Shown: positions 40,433 through 53,980, counted from the first letter of the whole stretch. The stretch: DNA of 63,542 nt, filler included, from Octopus bimaculoides (GCF_001194135.2; 8 parts of 8 records of this genome joined end to end with filler, not necessarily neighbours in it); one strand, 5' to 3'. The notes: generated by a model from the letters alone, not told the origin. Program-made: numbers and translations.

Positions 40433-42937
40433 GCATACGTCGTCTTAAGTTGTTTCGATTTAAGTGGTTTACGATTATACGAAGGTGTTCAAAAATAATA
40501 TAAGGAAAAAAATAATTATCAAGTTAAGTAATTTTACTCGACTTCACCTCTGTCCACCACAAACATTGCAATCGTAAAGTCACTAGAAAAACCATTAAAA
40601 GCACATAAAATTATGTTACTGTACAATAAATAAGAATAAGAACATATAAAATCATATTAGAATACGTACAGTAAATGTTAAGATACACACCATAAAGTAG
40701 TGTAGCTTAGTGAACGAAATCCTGAAATCAGCTGTGTTGTCCTATTTATCGGTCTTTTGGAGCTCTTATTGCATTGTAGTTCCAATACCTACCGTTAGGC
40801 GTCATTGTCACTCGTGATTCCCGCGATTGTTTTGAATTCAGATTTGTTTACGTCTGTTTATCGACTACTTTCTCATTCTCATTCATTTATGACTTTCTTT
40901 TTTGCCCCCATGGCTCCTTAGAAAATTCATAGTGAAAGTGCTAAGCGCCATGCTATAACGCTTGAATATAAACTGGCTATGATAAAACGCCATGAAAAAG
41001 GAGAGAAAGTGGTAGCAATTGCACGATCTTTTGAAATGAGTCGGACAACTGTATCGACGATTGTACATAATAAGAACAAGATTTTAGCACATATCAAATC
41101 TGAAACCCCAGGGATGAAGAACTCTGTTATCAATATGAAAAGAGGCAAAATCTTTGAAGAAATGGAAAGCCTTCTTCCTCTTTGGATTGTTAGGTTGAAT
41201 CGTCAGCGTGCTACTATTAGTCACGAAATCATTCAAGAGAAAGTATTGTCTTTGCTTGAGGACCTGAAGAAAAAAAATACGCAGATGAAAAAGATGTAGA
41301 GTTGAAGGCAAGTCAAGGATGGTTCATGAGATTTAAGGAGCGAAGAAGTTATTCCTACATTCAGAAGTAAGGTGAAAGTGAATTAGCTGACGAACAAGCA
41401 GCAGCGGAACTTACTAATGCATTAAAGAAAATCATCGAAGAAAACAGGTTTCTTCCCGAACAGATTTTTAACGTAGACGAAACTGGATTGTACTGGAAAA
41501 ACTTGCCAGACCGTTGATTCATTTCCAAGGAGGAGGAAACTATTCCAGGCTACAAGGACTCAAAAGACCATTATGTTAGGAGGTAATTGTGCAAGAGATT
41601 TTAAGTTAAAGCCATTGCTTGTGTATCATGCACACAACCTTCGTGCCCTGAAAAACATACCCAAGGCATCCTGCTATATGGATGGCTAATTCAAAAACAT
41701 GGGTTACTGTTGTTGTTATTGAAGATTAGTTTTTTCAATCATTTTCTCCCAGTAGCAGAGAAGTACTGTAAGGAGAAGGGAATTCCTTGCTCCTGGCCAC
41801 CCGCAAAACATCGTAGATTTTGACCCCAACGTTATCGTCGTGTACCTCCCTCGGTAAACCACGTCTCTTCTGCAGCCAATGGATCAGGGAATAATTGCTA
41901 TCTTCAAGCGTTACTATATGAAGCGTACGCTGCGGCAAGCAATAGCTGCAACTGATCTTAGAGTCCATCAGACTTCGTGACTTTTGGAAGAGATACGATA
42001 TCTACAAGGCTGTACAGAAAATAGCAGCGGCATAGAATGATGTACAGAGCACGGCTATGAATGGTGCATGGAAGAAGTTATGCCCGCAATTCGTGAATGA
42101 TTTTAAGGGGTTTGATAATGTTTCCCTCAACAAAACGTTGGTGACTACGAGCAAAGAACTGGAAATGGATTTGGAGGAGGAGGATTTCACAGATTTATTT
42201 GAAAAAGACAAGCAGTCCCTGACGAACGAGGATTTGATGGAGCTTCACGAGCAGCAAAATAAAGAAGAGGAAGTCGACCCTGAGCCACATCAATTTACCA
42301 TTAAGAAAATCCAGAAAGCATTTGCATATATCGAAAAAAGGTCTTTCTAGGTTCTAGGATATGGGGGCTTGTCACGAAGTTTTTGCTCTTTATAGTAAAA
42401 TCGTTGAGGAAAAGAAGACAGTTCAAGGAACTCTCAACAGGATTTTTAAGCGCATCGAATAACAAGAACAGACAGAGTCAGCTGTTGATGGTGACGATCC
42501 ACAGCCATCGACATCGGTGATGTAAATCACGAAACTGCATGTACGTATTGGTAAATTTAAGATAAGTTGTGTTTTTTTTTTACCATTGCGAAATAATAAT
42601 AATTACTAAATTTGTTTTTTAAGCTTAAAAAAGGCTTTTATTTTACCATGTCTTACTGCAAACCGCATTTATTAATAAAGCGTCCGCGATGTACGGTAAA
42701 CACCACCAAATTGTATTCGTAAATTGAGATTACGTTTTTATCTTTTTACTGTACTGAATTAAAAAATGAAAAAATCATTTGTTTGTAAGCTTGAAATAGA
42801 TTTTTATTAACAATATATTATTGAAAATTAAGTACAGAACTGGGAATGATTATTATCGGTTTAGCCTAAAGACAAGGTAATTCGACTTAAGTCGTGTCTC
42901 CTGGAACCAATGAACGACGTAGGGTGACGTATAGCTG
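40430..42937 (+). mobile_element. Full-length Tigger (pogo-like Tc1/mariner) DNA transposon, TA-flanked
   Basis: Imperfect TIRs caggcatacgtcgtcttaagttgtt and (reverse complement) cagctatacgtcaccctacgtcgtt. TA on both sides, with an internal transposase pseudogene. Confidence 0.92.
40911..42465 (+). pseudogene. Tigger-family transposase (CENP-B-type HTH plus DDE_1), disrupted
   Basis: Fragments AITLEYKLAMIKRHEKGEKVVAIARSFEMSRTTVSTI, KASQGWFMRFK, EQIFNVDETGLYWKNLP, KLKPLLVY, TSLLQPMDQGIIA, MNGAWKKLCPQFVNDF, with several stops and frameshifts. Confidence 0.9.
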
Positions 42938-43379
42938 TATATATATATATATATTCATATAGGCACATGAGCATATATATTCTGTCTCTGTATGACTGAC
43001 GGTCTGTCTGTCAGTGAATCCTCTTTCACTCTCTCTTTCTCACACGCACATGTACGCAGATTTATACATACACATTCTGAATATGTTTGTCTGTGTATGT
43101 ATATATACATCGGTGCATCTGTATGTGTACACATATACATGTCTGCATGTGTGTGTGTATTTGTGCATGTGTGTGTAAATATATATATATACCTATCTGT
43201 ATATGTGCATATGTGTGTATTTATGCATGTATATGTTTGAGTTTATACGTATATTAGTAAGCACATTAAATTCCTTCACGTTCTGCGATGTGTACGGCAG
43301 GAGATGAAATCCGTTTGATGCCAAATTTTATTGCACCACATGTCTCTCTCATGCTCTCTCTCTTTCTACCTCACTCTGT

Positions 43380-43502
<123 letters not shown>

Positions 43503-43708
43503 CATATGTGTGTAAGCGAGTTATTCAAATCCACCCTACAACAACTACAACAACAGTAGCTACATAGCAACGACAACGAAATTATATATCATGTATGTAT
43601 AATTATATATAATATTATATTTATATAAGTATATATACAGAATTAACAACATCACGATCATCATGAACAACACAAAAACAAACTTGCAAACTTAACATGC
43701 TGACACCA

Positions 43709-43739
<31 letters not shown>

Positions 43740-43953
43740 TATGCGCGCACACAGATCCATGCGCACACATACACACACACACATACGCACTCATGCACAC
43801 GCATACAGTGATACTACATGCGTGAATACCAAACACTGAGAGCGGCAAGCATGTACACACACGTAGGCACGCACTCTGAGAGGAAACAATGCGACCAGCC
43901 ATCACTATATAGAATAATATACAATAGACACATACATACGTTCAAAGCACATT

Positions 43954-44066
<113 letters not shown>

Positions 44067-44415
44067 ACACTCACACGCATACGCTCACACGCATACGCTC
44101 ACACAAACATACATCCCACACGCGCCTACGTGTGTGTGTGCGCTTGTGCACGTATAGTGTTTTTACACCATAACAGAGACATACCTGTTCACCAATACCA
44201 GCATCATTTCTCAACCACCTCCGCACCTTGTTAATGCACACACAACACACACACACACACACACACNNNNNNNNNNCACACACACACACACACACATAGA
44301 GTAAGTGACATTCTTTCAAATCATACTTACACACACACACATACATATACTCTGACAAATTCACATCGCTGTATACTGCTTATTCACTTTCCATCTGAGG
44401 TTTTTACAAAGTAAG

Positions 44416-44557
44416 ATGGGGAATTCAAGGAGTTCACTTGAGCGGTCAAACCATGCTTATCCGCGATCGAACTACTACCGCCGTCATCCGGGGTTACGCT
44501 CAGAACCGCATATCGACAAGGTCGAGGCCGATCTTACAGCATTGGCGCGAGAAAACG
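44416..44557 (+). CDS. Paralog B first coding exon: MGNSRSSLERSNHAYPRSNYYRRHPGLRSEPHIDKVEADLTALAREN(G)
   Basis: aagATGG context, exactly 47 codons to the phase-1 donor G|gtaata, and conserved with 33865-34006. The MGxxxS start matches the N-myristoylation consensus. Confidence 0.55.
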
Positions 44558-45044
44558 GTAATATCACGATGAATATTTTTCTTTCAGTTATTATTGCTAT
44601 TGCTTTCATCATCATCATCATCATCATTATCATCATCATCATCAACATTAACACCATCATTAACACCATCACCACCACCAAGCACCACCCCATCATCATT
44701 AACATCATCATCATCATCATCATCATTAACACCATCACCACCACCAAGCACCACCCCATCATCATAATCATCATCCTCATCATTATTACCACCACCACCC
44801 CATAATCATCATCATCATCGTCATCATTATCATCACCATCACTATCACCGTCATCACTTTCATCACCTCCCATCATCACTGTCATCACCATCATCATCAT
44901 CATCTTCACCACCACCTCCACATCGTCATCATCCCCCACATCATCATCATCATCATTGTCTTTAGTATTAAGGTAATTGCTATTATCTTATCGTCATCAT
45001 CATTATTATTATTATTATTATTATTAATTAATTAATTATATTTT

Positions 45045-45260
45045 TTAAGCTGGCAGAACCGTTAGCACGCTGGACGAAATGCTTAGCCGTATTTCGCCCG
45101 TCGCTACGTTCTGAGTTCAAATTCCCCCGAGGTCGACTTTGCCTTACATCCTTTCGGTGTCGATAAATTAAGTACCAGTTGTGTACTGAGGGTCGATCTA
45201 ATTGACTGCCCCCCCTTCCCACCAAATTTCAGGCCCCTTGTGCCCATAGTGGAAAGGATT
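45045..45260 (+). mobile_element. SINE family B copy
   Basis: gctggcagaaccgttagcacgctggacgaaatgcttagc...gtcgactttgcctt. Confidence 0.88.
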
Positions 45261-45289
45261 ATCATCATCGTCATCATCATTATTATTAT

Positions 45290-45640
45290 TATTATTATTT
45301 TATGTTTGACTTTTGCTTTGCATTTGTACAAGTTGGATCCAAGTCTCACCCAGAGACCTCAAGAAACAACAAGTTAGAAGTTCATGTAGGTGTTATGCCT
45401 AGAGTACCATATATTTGGATTTGTACAGTTTTGTTCAAGTGAATGTTTAAGAAACCATAAGAAAATTATGTGTTTGCTTTAAAATTTGAGATCACATAGA
45501 CAGTATTTTACGTAGGATATGGGCAGTTCCCATGAGCACTATCTTTTGAACGTCAGCCATTTTGGGGTTTCCTGGTATCTGAGCTAGGTAGTAATCAGCC
45601 CGTTTCGCTGTCATTCCCAGGGTACCTATGACAATAGGTA
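45290..45640 (-). mobile_element. 3' end of an R4/Dong-clade LINE (second subfamily) with (TAA)n tail
   Basis: The minus strand reads IPGNPKMADVQKIVLMGTAHILRKILSM*, then a 3'UTR ending in (TAA)n. Confidence 0.8.
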
Positions 45641-45664
45641 TTGTTTTCGTCTTCAGATTCCACA

Positions 45665-45698
<34 letters not shown>

Positions 45699-46329
45699 GT
45701 TATTGTTATTATAAATTATTTCCTCTGCTTCCGCGTAAATTGTTGTTGTTGTTTTTGTTGTCGTTATTATCTTTCATCATGATCATCATTTTTGAGATAG
45801 AAATATGTCTGGACCGAGGTATACTTCTCTTCTATTAAATTTACCTTCCATTGTTATCGATTGTAATACAAAAAAAAAAGAGATAAACAAATACACGCGG
45901 ATAAACAAATCTCTCTCTCGCTCTCTCTCTCTCTCTCTCATGCTCTATAAATATATAGTACTTACACATGCTGACAAATATATACATATACATGTGCTGC
46001 TTAACTAGAGAGATTTTGTTTGTTATCGGCCTTTATCATTCTCACATGTTTCTCATAAGGGGTCATTTTCGTTTTAAATCATGTACTCTTTTAATTTTAA
46101 GTTTATAAAACGAACGGCATTATTTTTCTGACTTTCAGCCTCATGCATACAGTTGAAGTTTTATATACTGTTGGCATTTATACTTTTCAATTGTGTCAAA
46201 TCTGTTATAACCATTAGTTGTGTTATTCCTGAATGTGAACGACAGTACCATGCTGGATACTAACTAGGACAGGATCTTTTAATTATAAACGAAGAATAAA
46301 ATAGAATATCTGTATCCATAAGGTTAGTG

Positions 46330-46800
46330 AAGGCATGTGGCTCGTTGTTAGAGTGTTGCATTCGCGATTACAAGATCGCGGTTTCGATTCCCGAACCAAG
46401 TAGTGCATCGCGTTCTGGAGCAAAACAGTTTATTTCATGCGGCGGCGCATGGCTTAGTGGTTAGAGTGTTGAACTCATGATTGTAAAATTGTGGTTTCGA
46501 TTCCTGGATCTTGAGCAAAACATTTCATTTCACATGAGTAATCCTACGACGGACCGGTGTCCCATCCAGTTGGAGAAGGGAATATATATCTCATGAAACC
46601 CGGAAACCAGCCCTTATGAATCGGCTTGACTCGAGAAGGTAACATACCTTCTATATATATATATACTTTATTTCATGTTGCTTCAGTTCACTCATCTGTA
46701 AAAGTGAGTAACCCAGCAACGGACCGGCATCCCGTTCAAGTCGATTGTAGTAATCTCGATCACTTATACACATGGAAACCGGATAACCGGTCCTATGTGC
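46330..46800 (+). mobile_element. Tandem or nested SINE family C-type copies
   Basis: Two tRNA-like heads (ggcatgtggctcgttgttagagtg..gcggtttcgattcc and ggcgcatggcttagtggttagagtg..ggtttcgattcc) and two similar bodies (cgacggaccgg...gaaacc.gga.aaccg). Confidence 0.75.
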
Positions 46801-47219
46801 CCTAGGGTTCAACACAATAATGTCCAGGAGACTTATTCACAAGGCTACTGATGTGTCTGCATTCTCACTGACATATTCACATACGATACTGTATATATAT
46901 NNNNNNNNNNNNNNNNNNNNNNNNNNNNNNNNNNNNNNNNNNNNNNNNNNNNNNNNNNNNNNNNNNNNNNNNNNNNNNNNNNNNNNNNNNNNNNNNNNNN
47001 NNNNNNNNNNNNNNNNNNNNNNNNNNNNNNNNNNNNNNNNNNNNNNNNNNNNNNNNNNNNNNNNNNNNNNNNNNNNNNNNNNNNNNNNNNNNNNNNNNNN
47101 NNNNNNNNNNNNNNNNNNNNNNNNNNNNNNNNNNNNNNNNNNNNNNNNNNNNNNNNNNNNNNNNNNNNNNNNNNNNNNNNNNNNNNNNNNNNNNNNNNNN
47201 NNNNNNNNNNNNNNNNNNN

Positions 47220-47262
<43 letters not shown>

Positions 47263-47269
47263 CATACAG

Positions 47270-47460
47270 TCTACGAGCTGGCAGAGTCAAATAAAATGCT
47301 TAGTAGTATTTCTTCCTATTCATTCATTGCGTTCCCAGTTCAAATTCATTGTCAATAGAAACAGTACCTATTGATAAAAGCAGAGTACTGGGGTGGACGG
47401 TATTGAATAACCTCACCCCCTCAAAATTGCTTGCGTTGTGACAAAATTTGAAGCCCTTCT
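47270..47460 (+). mobile_element. Degraded SINE family B
   Basis: cgagctggcagag..aaatgcttagtagtatttc..gttc..agttcaaatt. Confidence 0.65.
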
Positions 47461-48067
47461 TAGTAATAACATTGAGGCAGCATGCTGGCAGAAACTTTGG
47501 CACAACGCCATCGATGACAGAACTGTTTTATCACGGGATTTCGGCGCATTTTATTCCTCATCAGTTGCAGGCATCCACTAAGTTCGCATGCTGGTAAATT
47601 CTCCCTTTCACTGCTATGTATAGAAACAGCGATTATTTAGCGCAATGTTAGTGGATGCCTGCACTTGATAAAGAGTGAAAGAAACCTCCTAAATCGCATA
47701 ATACACCAGTTCCGTCACCGATGCTAGACGATTCAGGTCTGTTACCGATATCTCCGAGCTTCTATACAGTAAGCGTCTGTACGAGAGACTTCCTCATCAC
47801 AAATTTTGCAGTATTACGGTGCTCTTATAACACATCCACGTTAAATAGAATTTAAGGATTGTCATTCGGTAATAATTCTACTTCAGTCGTTAATATCGGA
47901 GTGAATTCAGAAAGAGACACGCTCATAAAAAAGGCTGTATTTGAAAATAAATTGAAGCAAATAATCTTGAGAATCCTTTTATTCAACCTATTCAATGAAT
48001 TCAACGTTAGCAACAATGGCTGCTCCAATGTAGAGTCGGAAGGGTTGACATGTCCGAATCAAATTTA

Positions 48068-48235
48068 CGAGGGCATGCTGAAAGTTCCTGACTTTTGGTA
48101 AAAGAAAATACGAGCGGATCACTTAATTATGATTTTATCGAAGATATTCCCCTCTCAAATTCACACATCTATTCCTTCAGTTTTCCTAAGCTCTGTAAAA
48201 GAACTCGGTATCCCGAAAGGCCTCCAAACAGCGGG
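48068..48235 (+). mobile_element. Mariner-type MITE left end (truncated)
   Basis: TA|cgagggcatgctgaaagttcctgactttt start, resembling mariner TIRs and an Octopus MITE as I recall it. No right TIR was found. Confidence 0.5.
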
Positions 48236-48675
48236 AAGAAAAGGAGCGGCCTTACAGTGAAGAGTATAAAGGCTGTGAGAGAGGACAGGAGGGAGAAGTG
48301 TGGGGTAGCTGAGGGGAGGTTTATCACAACGCATCATGTCTAATCCGTTGGTGCAGAATATGAAACTTGGGTATGAGATTGAGCCACTTCATTATGTGAT
48401 CTAGAAGGCAAAATCAATATCTATAATAGTTAGAAGTAAGAAATAAATGGGAATTGACCGTCCATTTTTAGAAGGCCAATAAATTATAGTAGACCGAGCT
48501 TAGATATGAACATTTTTCAAAAATCTTTTAATTATATCAGAAAAAGACTCTAACAGGTTAAAACAGATGATTATTGTAAAGTGCGCCAGTCACGACGAGC
48601 ATAAAGGTCAATTATATACATGCATACAAACACACATACATACATACATACCTACATACATACATATACACGTAT

Positions 48676-48708
<33 letters not shown>

Positions 48709-49898
48709 NNNNNNNNNNNNNNNNNNNNNNNNNNNNNNNNNNNNNNNNNNNNNNNNNNNNNNNNNNNNNNNNNNNNNNNNNNNNNNNNNNNNNNNNNNNN
48801 NNNNNNNNNNNNNNNNNNNNNNNNNNNNNNNNNNNNNNNNNNNNNNNNNNNNNNNNNNNNNNNNNNNNNNNNNNNNNNNNNNNNNNNNNNNNNNNNNNNN
48901 NNNNNNNNNNNNNNNNNNNNNNNNNNNNNNNNNNNNNNNNNNNNNNNNNNNNNNNNNNNNNNNNNNNNNNNNNNNNNNNNNNNNNNNNNNNNNNNNNNNN
49001 NNNNNNNNNNNNNNNNNNNNNNNNNNNNNNNNNNNNNNNNNNNNNNNNNNNNNNNNNNNNNNNNNNNNNNNNNNNNNNNNNNNNNNNNNNNNNNNNNNNN
49101 NNNNNNNNNNNNNNNNNNNNNNNNNNNNNNNNNNNNNNNNNNNNNNNNNNNNNNNNNNNNNNNNNNNNNNNNNNNNNNNNNNNNNNNNNNNNNNNNNNNN
49201 NNNNNNNNNNNNNNNNNNNNNNNNNNNNNNNNNNNNNNNNNNNNNNNNNNNNNNNNNNNNNNNNNNNNNNNNNNNNNNNNNNNNNNNNNNNNNNNNNNNN
49301 NNNTATATATATATATATATATGCATATATCTATGAATTCGTTTATGTATATGAACAAAGGAAGATTTGTACGAGCAGATTCAATACAAAAATTTAAGTT
49401 TATGATTCCACGATTGAATATTTCATTACACCACCAATTTCCTATGAAATTATACATCATGAAATATATGAAGTATACACGCATAGACACACATACATAC
49501 ATACATACATACATACATACATACATACATACATACATACAGTGGAACAAGCGTCTCATTTTCTTAGAAATATGCGGCCGGTGAAAATATGCTGTTGCAA
49601 CTACATTCAGGAAGAGAAAATATTCTTGTAAATATACGTGAATGAATGTCTATCTATGAAGAAGTATAGGTGTGTGAATGTATGTCGTTAATTCAATGTG
49701 TGTAGGCTTCTTAACGTAACCAAAAGGAAATGTGAAGACTAAGACAATAGTGAATGCACTGCGTAGGAAATAAAGTAAAGGTCGCTTAAGTTCTCTCTGT
49801 TTTCATTTCTCCCTCTCTCCCTCCCTCTTCCTCTTTGTCGCTTTTTCCATAGTGTAGTTTGTGCGTGTGTGTGTGTGTGTACTTGTGTGGGTTTGTGC

Positions 49899-49950
<52 letters not shown>

Positions 49951-50072
49951 CTATCCTATTAAGCACCATCTGGTTTCGGTATCAGTACCAAAGCGCCTTC
50001 CAAGCTTATTAACATTCCTCGCCATGATAGCTTCTTTGTATGCAGGTTTATTTCGGGCGCTTATATGCATAC

Positions 50073-50126
<54 letters not shown>

Positions 50127-50254
50127 GCACGCACACACATGCACACACACACACACACACAGAGGCACTGTCGCCACTATTGCGGCTGTTTAACTGCACG
50201 TTTCTGTTGCAATCTGCTATTTCGCAGATCTACATATAGTTTGAGTAAATATAT

Positions 50255-50645
50255 GTGTGGCTGTGTGGTAAGAAGCTTACTTCCCAACCATATGGTTCCG
50301 GGTTCAGTCCCACTACGAAGCAACTTGGGCAAGCGTCTTCAATTATAGCCAAAAGCACACCAAACCTTGTGAGTGGATTTAAAGAATACACATACATACA
50401 TACATATATGTATGTATGTATGTATGTATGTGTGTATATGTTTATGTGCTGTGCATGCGTGTGTTTGTGTGTGGCTGTATAGGCGCAGGAGTGGCTGTAT
50501 GGTAAGAAGCTTGCTTCCTTACTGCATGCTTCCGGGTTCAGTCCCACTGCGTAGCACCTTGGCAAGTGTCTTCTACTAATAAGCTCGGGTCGATCAAAGC
50601 CTTGTGAGTGGATTTGGTAGACGGAAACTTAGAAAAGCCCGCAGT
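50255..50645 (+). mobile_element. Two SINE family A heads and bodies in tandem
   Basis: gtggctgtgtggtaagaagcttacttccc (50256) and ggcgcaggagtggctgtatggtaagaagcttgc (50481). Confidence 0.88.
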
Positions 50646-50729
50646 ATATATATAAAATATATATGTAAATTGAAAACAGAACACAAAGGATATCGCAGTA
50701 CACGTGTTAAAGCTTGAAACCACAGCCCA

Positions 50730-50970
50730 ACAGCCTAATCATTAAGCCATGCATGCGCTTCACTTATATTGTAGTAATGGTATAAAATATGAAAAGAAGA
50801 ACCAGCATGTCTATCGGCCTGAGGCCGAAGCGTGTCTATTAGTGATTGAGAGCTAATCAACCGAGTGGCCCTTCTCTGGGTGCGATCTAAGACATCTGTA
50901 TGCATAGCAGCAGTACTGTCCCAGATATAGAAACAGTACTTCATTGTGAGCTTCATTTGAAGCTGTTAGA
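50730..50970 (-). mobile_element. CR1/L2-group LINE fragment (post-RT region)
   Basis: YCFYIWDSTAAMHTDVLDRTQRRATRLISSQSLIDTLRP resembles the CR1 EYC..IW...LDRVQRRA.RLI segment. Confidence 0.7.
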
Positions 50971-51448
50971 CTCAGCAACTTTAGGTAGTTTCTAACACTG
51001 CATACCCTTATTTTTTATTAGACGGTGATGAGATTTCTGTGGAACTCGGCTGTTATTTCTAGTCGGTTGACTCATCATATACTGACACTTTCATTGTTTC
51101 TACAGTATAATACTATGATATGTTTAATGTATCTTACCGCGTGAGAAAAAGGCCGAACAGTTATGTCAGCAAGAGGTGACACTCAGCTGTAACACATATG
51201 ATTAGTGTATTGTACAACCTCAGTAAAAAGGCGGAGCACTTAACTTGGCAAGCGATAACAATCCGCTCTAAAATACATGTTCAGTTCATCCTATCGCTTG
51301 GGAAAACGGGCGGTACAATACATTGTAAAATATATGCTTAATGTGAAGAAAGCGGGCAGATACAGTTATGTTGACATACTATTAAGTATTGGCAGCAACG
51401 AACTATTTTACAAGTTATATCGTCGAACCACTTCCATATGTATGTGTG

Positions 51449-51513
<65 letters not shown>

Positions 51514-51734
51514 ATATGTATATATATCATTATATATATATATATATATATNNNNNNNNNNNNNNNNNNNNNNNNNNNNNNNNNNNNNNNNNNNNTTAAT
51601 TAATTAANNNNNNNNNNNNNNNNNNNNNNNNNNNNNNNNNNNNNNNNNNNNATGACCTCGAGTCCGCTGCCCTAACCACTGGGCCATTGCGCCTCCACTT
51701 CTTGTTTATATACACAAGCTTTAACAACAGAGGA

Positions 51735-51905
51735 CTTGCACTCCACAGGATGGGTAATGTCTGTGTGCATGCATGACAGAGTGTAAATGATTTAAGAGGA
51801 AAACTGGGTATATGAGGCATCAGGTGTTGTGAGGAAGAGAGAAGACTGTGCTGGTTTGGTCATGTGATGTGTATGGATGATGACAGATGCATGAAGAACT
51901 GTTGT
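51735..51905 (+). mobile_element. RTE-clade LINE fragment
   Basis: Degraded ..NDLRGKLG..RCCEEERRLCWFGHVMCMDDDRCMK, the RTE RL.WFGHV.R motif. Confidence 0.75.
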
Positions 51906-51914
51906 TGTCGTTTG

Positions 51915-52130
51915 TTCTGTCTTGAGCCATACCTGGCTCATTAGGACCGGTTTCCTGGTTTAATTGACATATAGGTTCCCCACCTGGATGGGACACCGGT
52001 CTGTTACAGGTGAGCTGCTAGATGCAGGAGGAAAGAGTGGGAGAAAGTTGTGGTAAAAAGAGTCAGCAGAATTTTGCCATTCTTTTCTGCCGGAGCTGCA
52101 TGGAACTTAGGTGTTTCACTGATAAACACA
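51915..52130 (-). mobile_element. SINE family C body
   Basis: caggtgagctgctagatgcaggaggaaagagtg.gagaaagttgtgg, shared with 54360-54470 and (reverse complement) 62065-62230. Confidence 0.75.
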
Positions 52131-52166
52131 CACACACACACATAAATATATATATATATAGGGAAA

Positions 52167-52389
52167 AGAACCAAGTTTCAAGAACTCATCGATGAAAATC
52201 CACTATCACATATAGAAAAATTAAAAGCACAATAAATGAGTATAATGTAATACAAAGTAAATATCATAAGATATTTATCTTATGATATTTACTTTGTTTT
52301 ATATTATACTCATTTATTGTGCTTTTAATTGTTAATTTTTCTATATGTGATAGTGGATTTTCATCGATGAGTTCTTGAAACTTGGTTCT
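52167..52389. repeat. 223-bp near-perfect palindrome (arms of about 107 bp, 2-nt loop)
   Basis: agaaccaagtttcaagaactcatcgatgaaaatcc...taagata tt tatctta...ggattttcatcgatgagttcttgaaacttggttct. The arms differ by a 7-nt indel and 2 mismatches. Confidence 0.95.
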
Positions 52390-53255
52390 NNNNNNNNNNN
52401 NNNNNNNNNNNNNNNNNNNNNNNNNNNNNNNNNNNNNNNNNNNNNNNNNNNNNNNNNNNNNNNNNNNNNNNNNNNNNNNNNNNNNNNNNNNNNNNNNNNN
52501 NNNNNNNNNNNNNNNNNNNNNNNNNNNNNNNNNNNNNNNNNNNNNNNNNNNNNNNNNNNNNNNNNNNNNNNNNNNNNNNNNNNNNNNNNNNNNNNNNNNN
52601 NNNNNNNNNNNNNNNNNNNNNNNNNNNNNNNNNNNNNNNNNNNNNNNNNNNNNNNNNNNNNNNNNNNNNNNNNNNNNNNNNNNNNNNNNNNNNNNNNNNN
52701 NNNNNNNNNNNNNNNNNNNNNNNNNNNNNNNNNNNNNNNNNNNNNNNNNNNNNNNNNNNNNNNNNNNNNNNNNNNNNNNNNNNNNNNNNNNNNNNNNNNN
52801 NNNNNNNNNNNNNNNNNNNNNNNNNNNNNNNNNNNNNNNNNNNNNNNNNNNNNNNNNNNNNNNNNNNNNNNNNNNNNNNNNNNNNNNNNNNNNNNNNNNN
52901 NNNNNNNNNNNNNNNNNNNNNNNNNNNNNNNNNNNNNNNNNNNNNNNNNNNNNNNNNNNNNNNNNNNNNNNNNNNNNNNNNNNNNNNNNNNNNNNNNNNN
53001 NNNNNNNNNNNNNNNNNNNNNNNNNNNNNNNNNNNNNNNNNNNNNNNNNNNNNNNNNNNNNNNNNNNNNNNNNNNNNNNNNNNNNNNNNNNNNNNNNNNN
53101 NNNNNNNNNNNNNNNNNNNNNNNNNNNNNNNNNNNNNNNNNNNNNNNNNNNNNNNNNNNNNNNNNNNNNNNNNNNNNNNNNNNNNNNNNNNNNNNNNNNN
53201 NNNNNNNNNNNNNNNNNNNNNNNNNNNNNNNNNNNNNNNNNNNNNNNNNNNNNNN

Positions 53256-53306
<51 letters not shown>

Positions 53307-53379
53307 TACGACGGGCTTCTTTCACTCGAATGATTTTCTAACATGCCACCGGCACAAGTTCCAGTAAGGCGACACTGGT

Positions 53380-53880
53380 AACAATGATGCTAATGTTCTA
53401 TCTATGATCATAGGTCTACTGGATCAGGACTGACCTGGGGCTAAACAACAACTGTAATCATTAATACTTCTGTACATAACATTAGGTAATGTAGTCCTAG
53501 ATACACTATGCCTGAATAAAAGATGGGGTGGTCACATCTGGAGCATCTCTGATTGTAGGTCTGGTGGATCAGGACTGACCTGGGGCTAAAAAAACAACTA
53601 TAGCCATTAATACGACTATATTGTACATTAGATAATNNNNNNNNNNTAATGTAGTCCTAGATACACTATGCCTGAATAAAAGATGGGGTGGTCACATCTG
53701 GAGCATCTCTGATTGTAGGTCTGGTGGATCAGGACTGACCTGGGGCTAAAAAAACAACTATAGCCATTAATACGACTATATTGTACATTAGATAATGTAG
53801 TCCGAAATACACTATGTCTGAATAAAAGATGGGGTGGTCACTGTTGGAGCATCTCTGATCATAGATCTATTGGATCGGTA
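53380..53880 (+). repeat. 146-bp tandem repeat (about 3 units)
   Basis: taatgtagtcc starts at 53487, 53647 and 53793. Units 1 and 2 are identical and separated by 10 N, so one may be an assembly duplicate. Confidence 0.85.
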
Positions 53881-53980
53881 CTGCCTTCTACACCAAATCT
53901 TCCTCTACTTCTCACACTATCAATTACAACTCTTACCGCTCCTCATTCTCTCTCATTCTCTCTCTCTCTCTCTCTTACAG

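Noticed and set aside
47859-48101. 80-aa ORF, open on both strands in register
   Set aside because: It has no convincing splice sites or recognisable motif, and its 3' end runs into a mariner MITE terminus.
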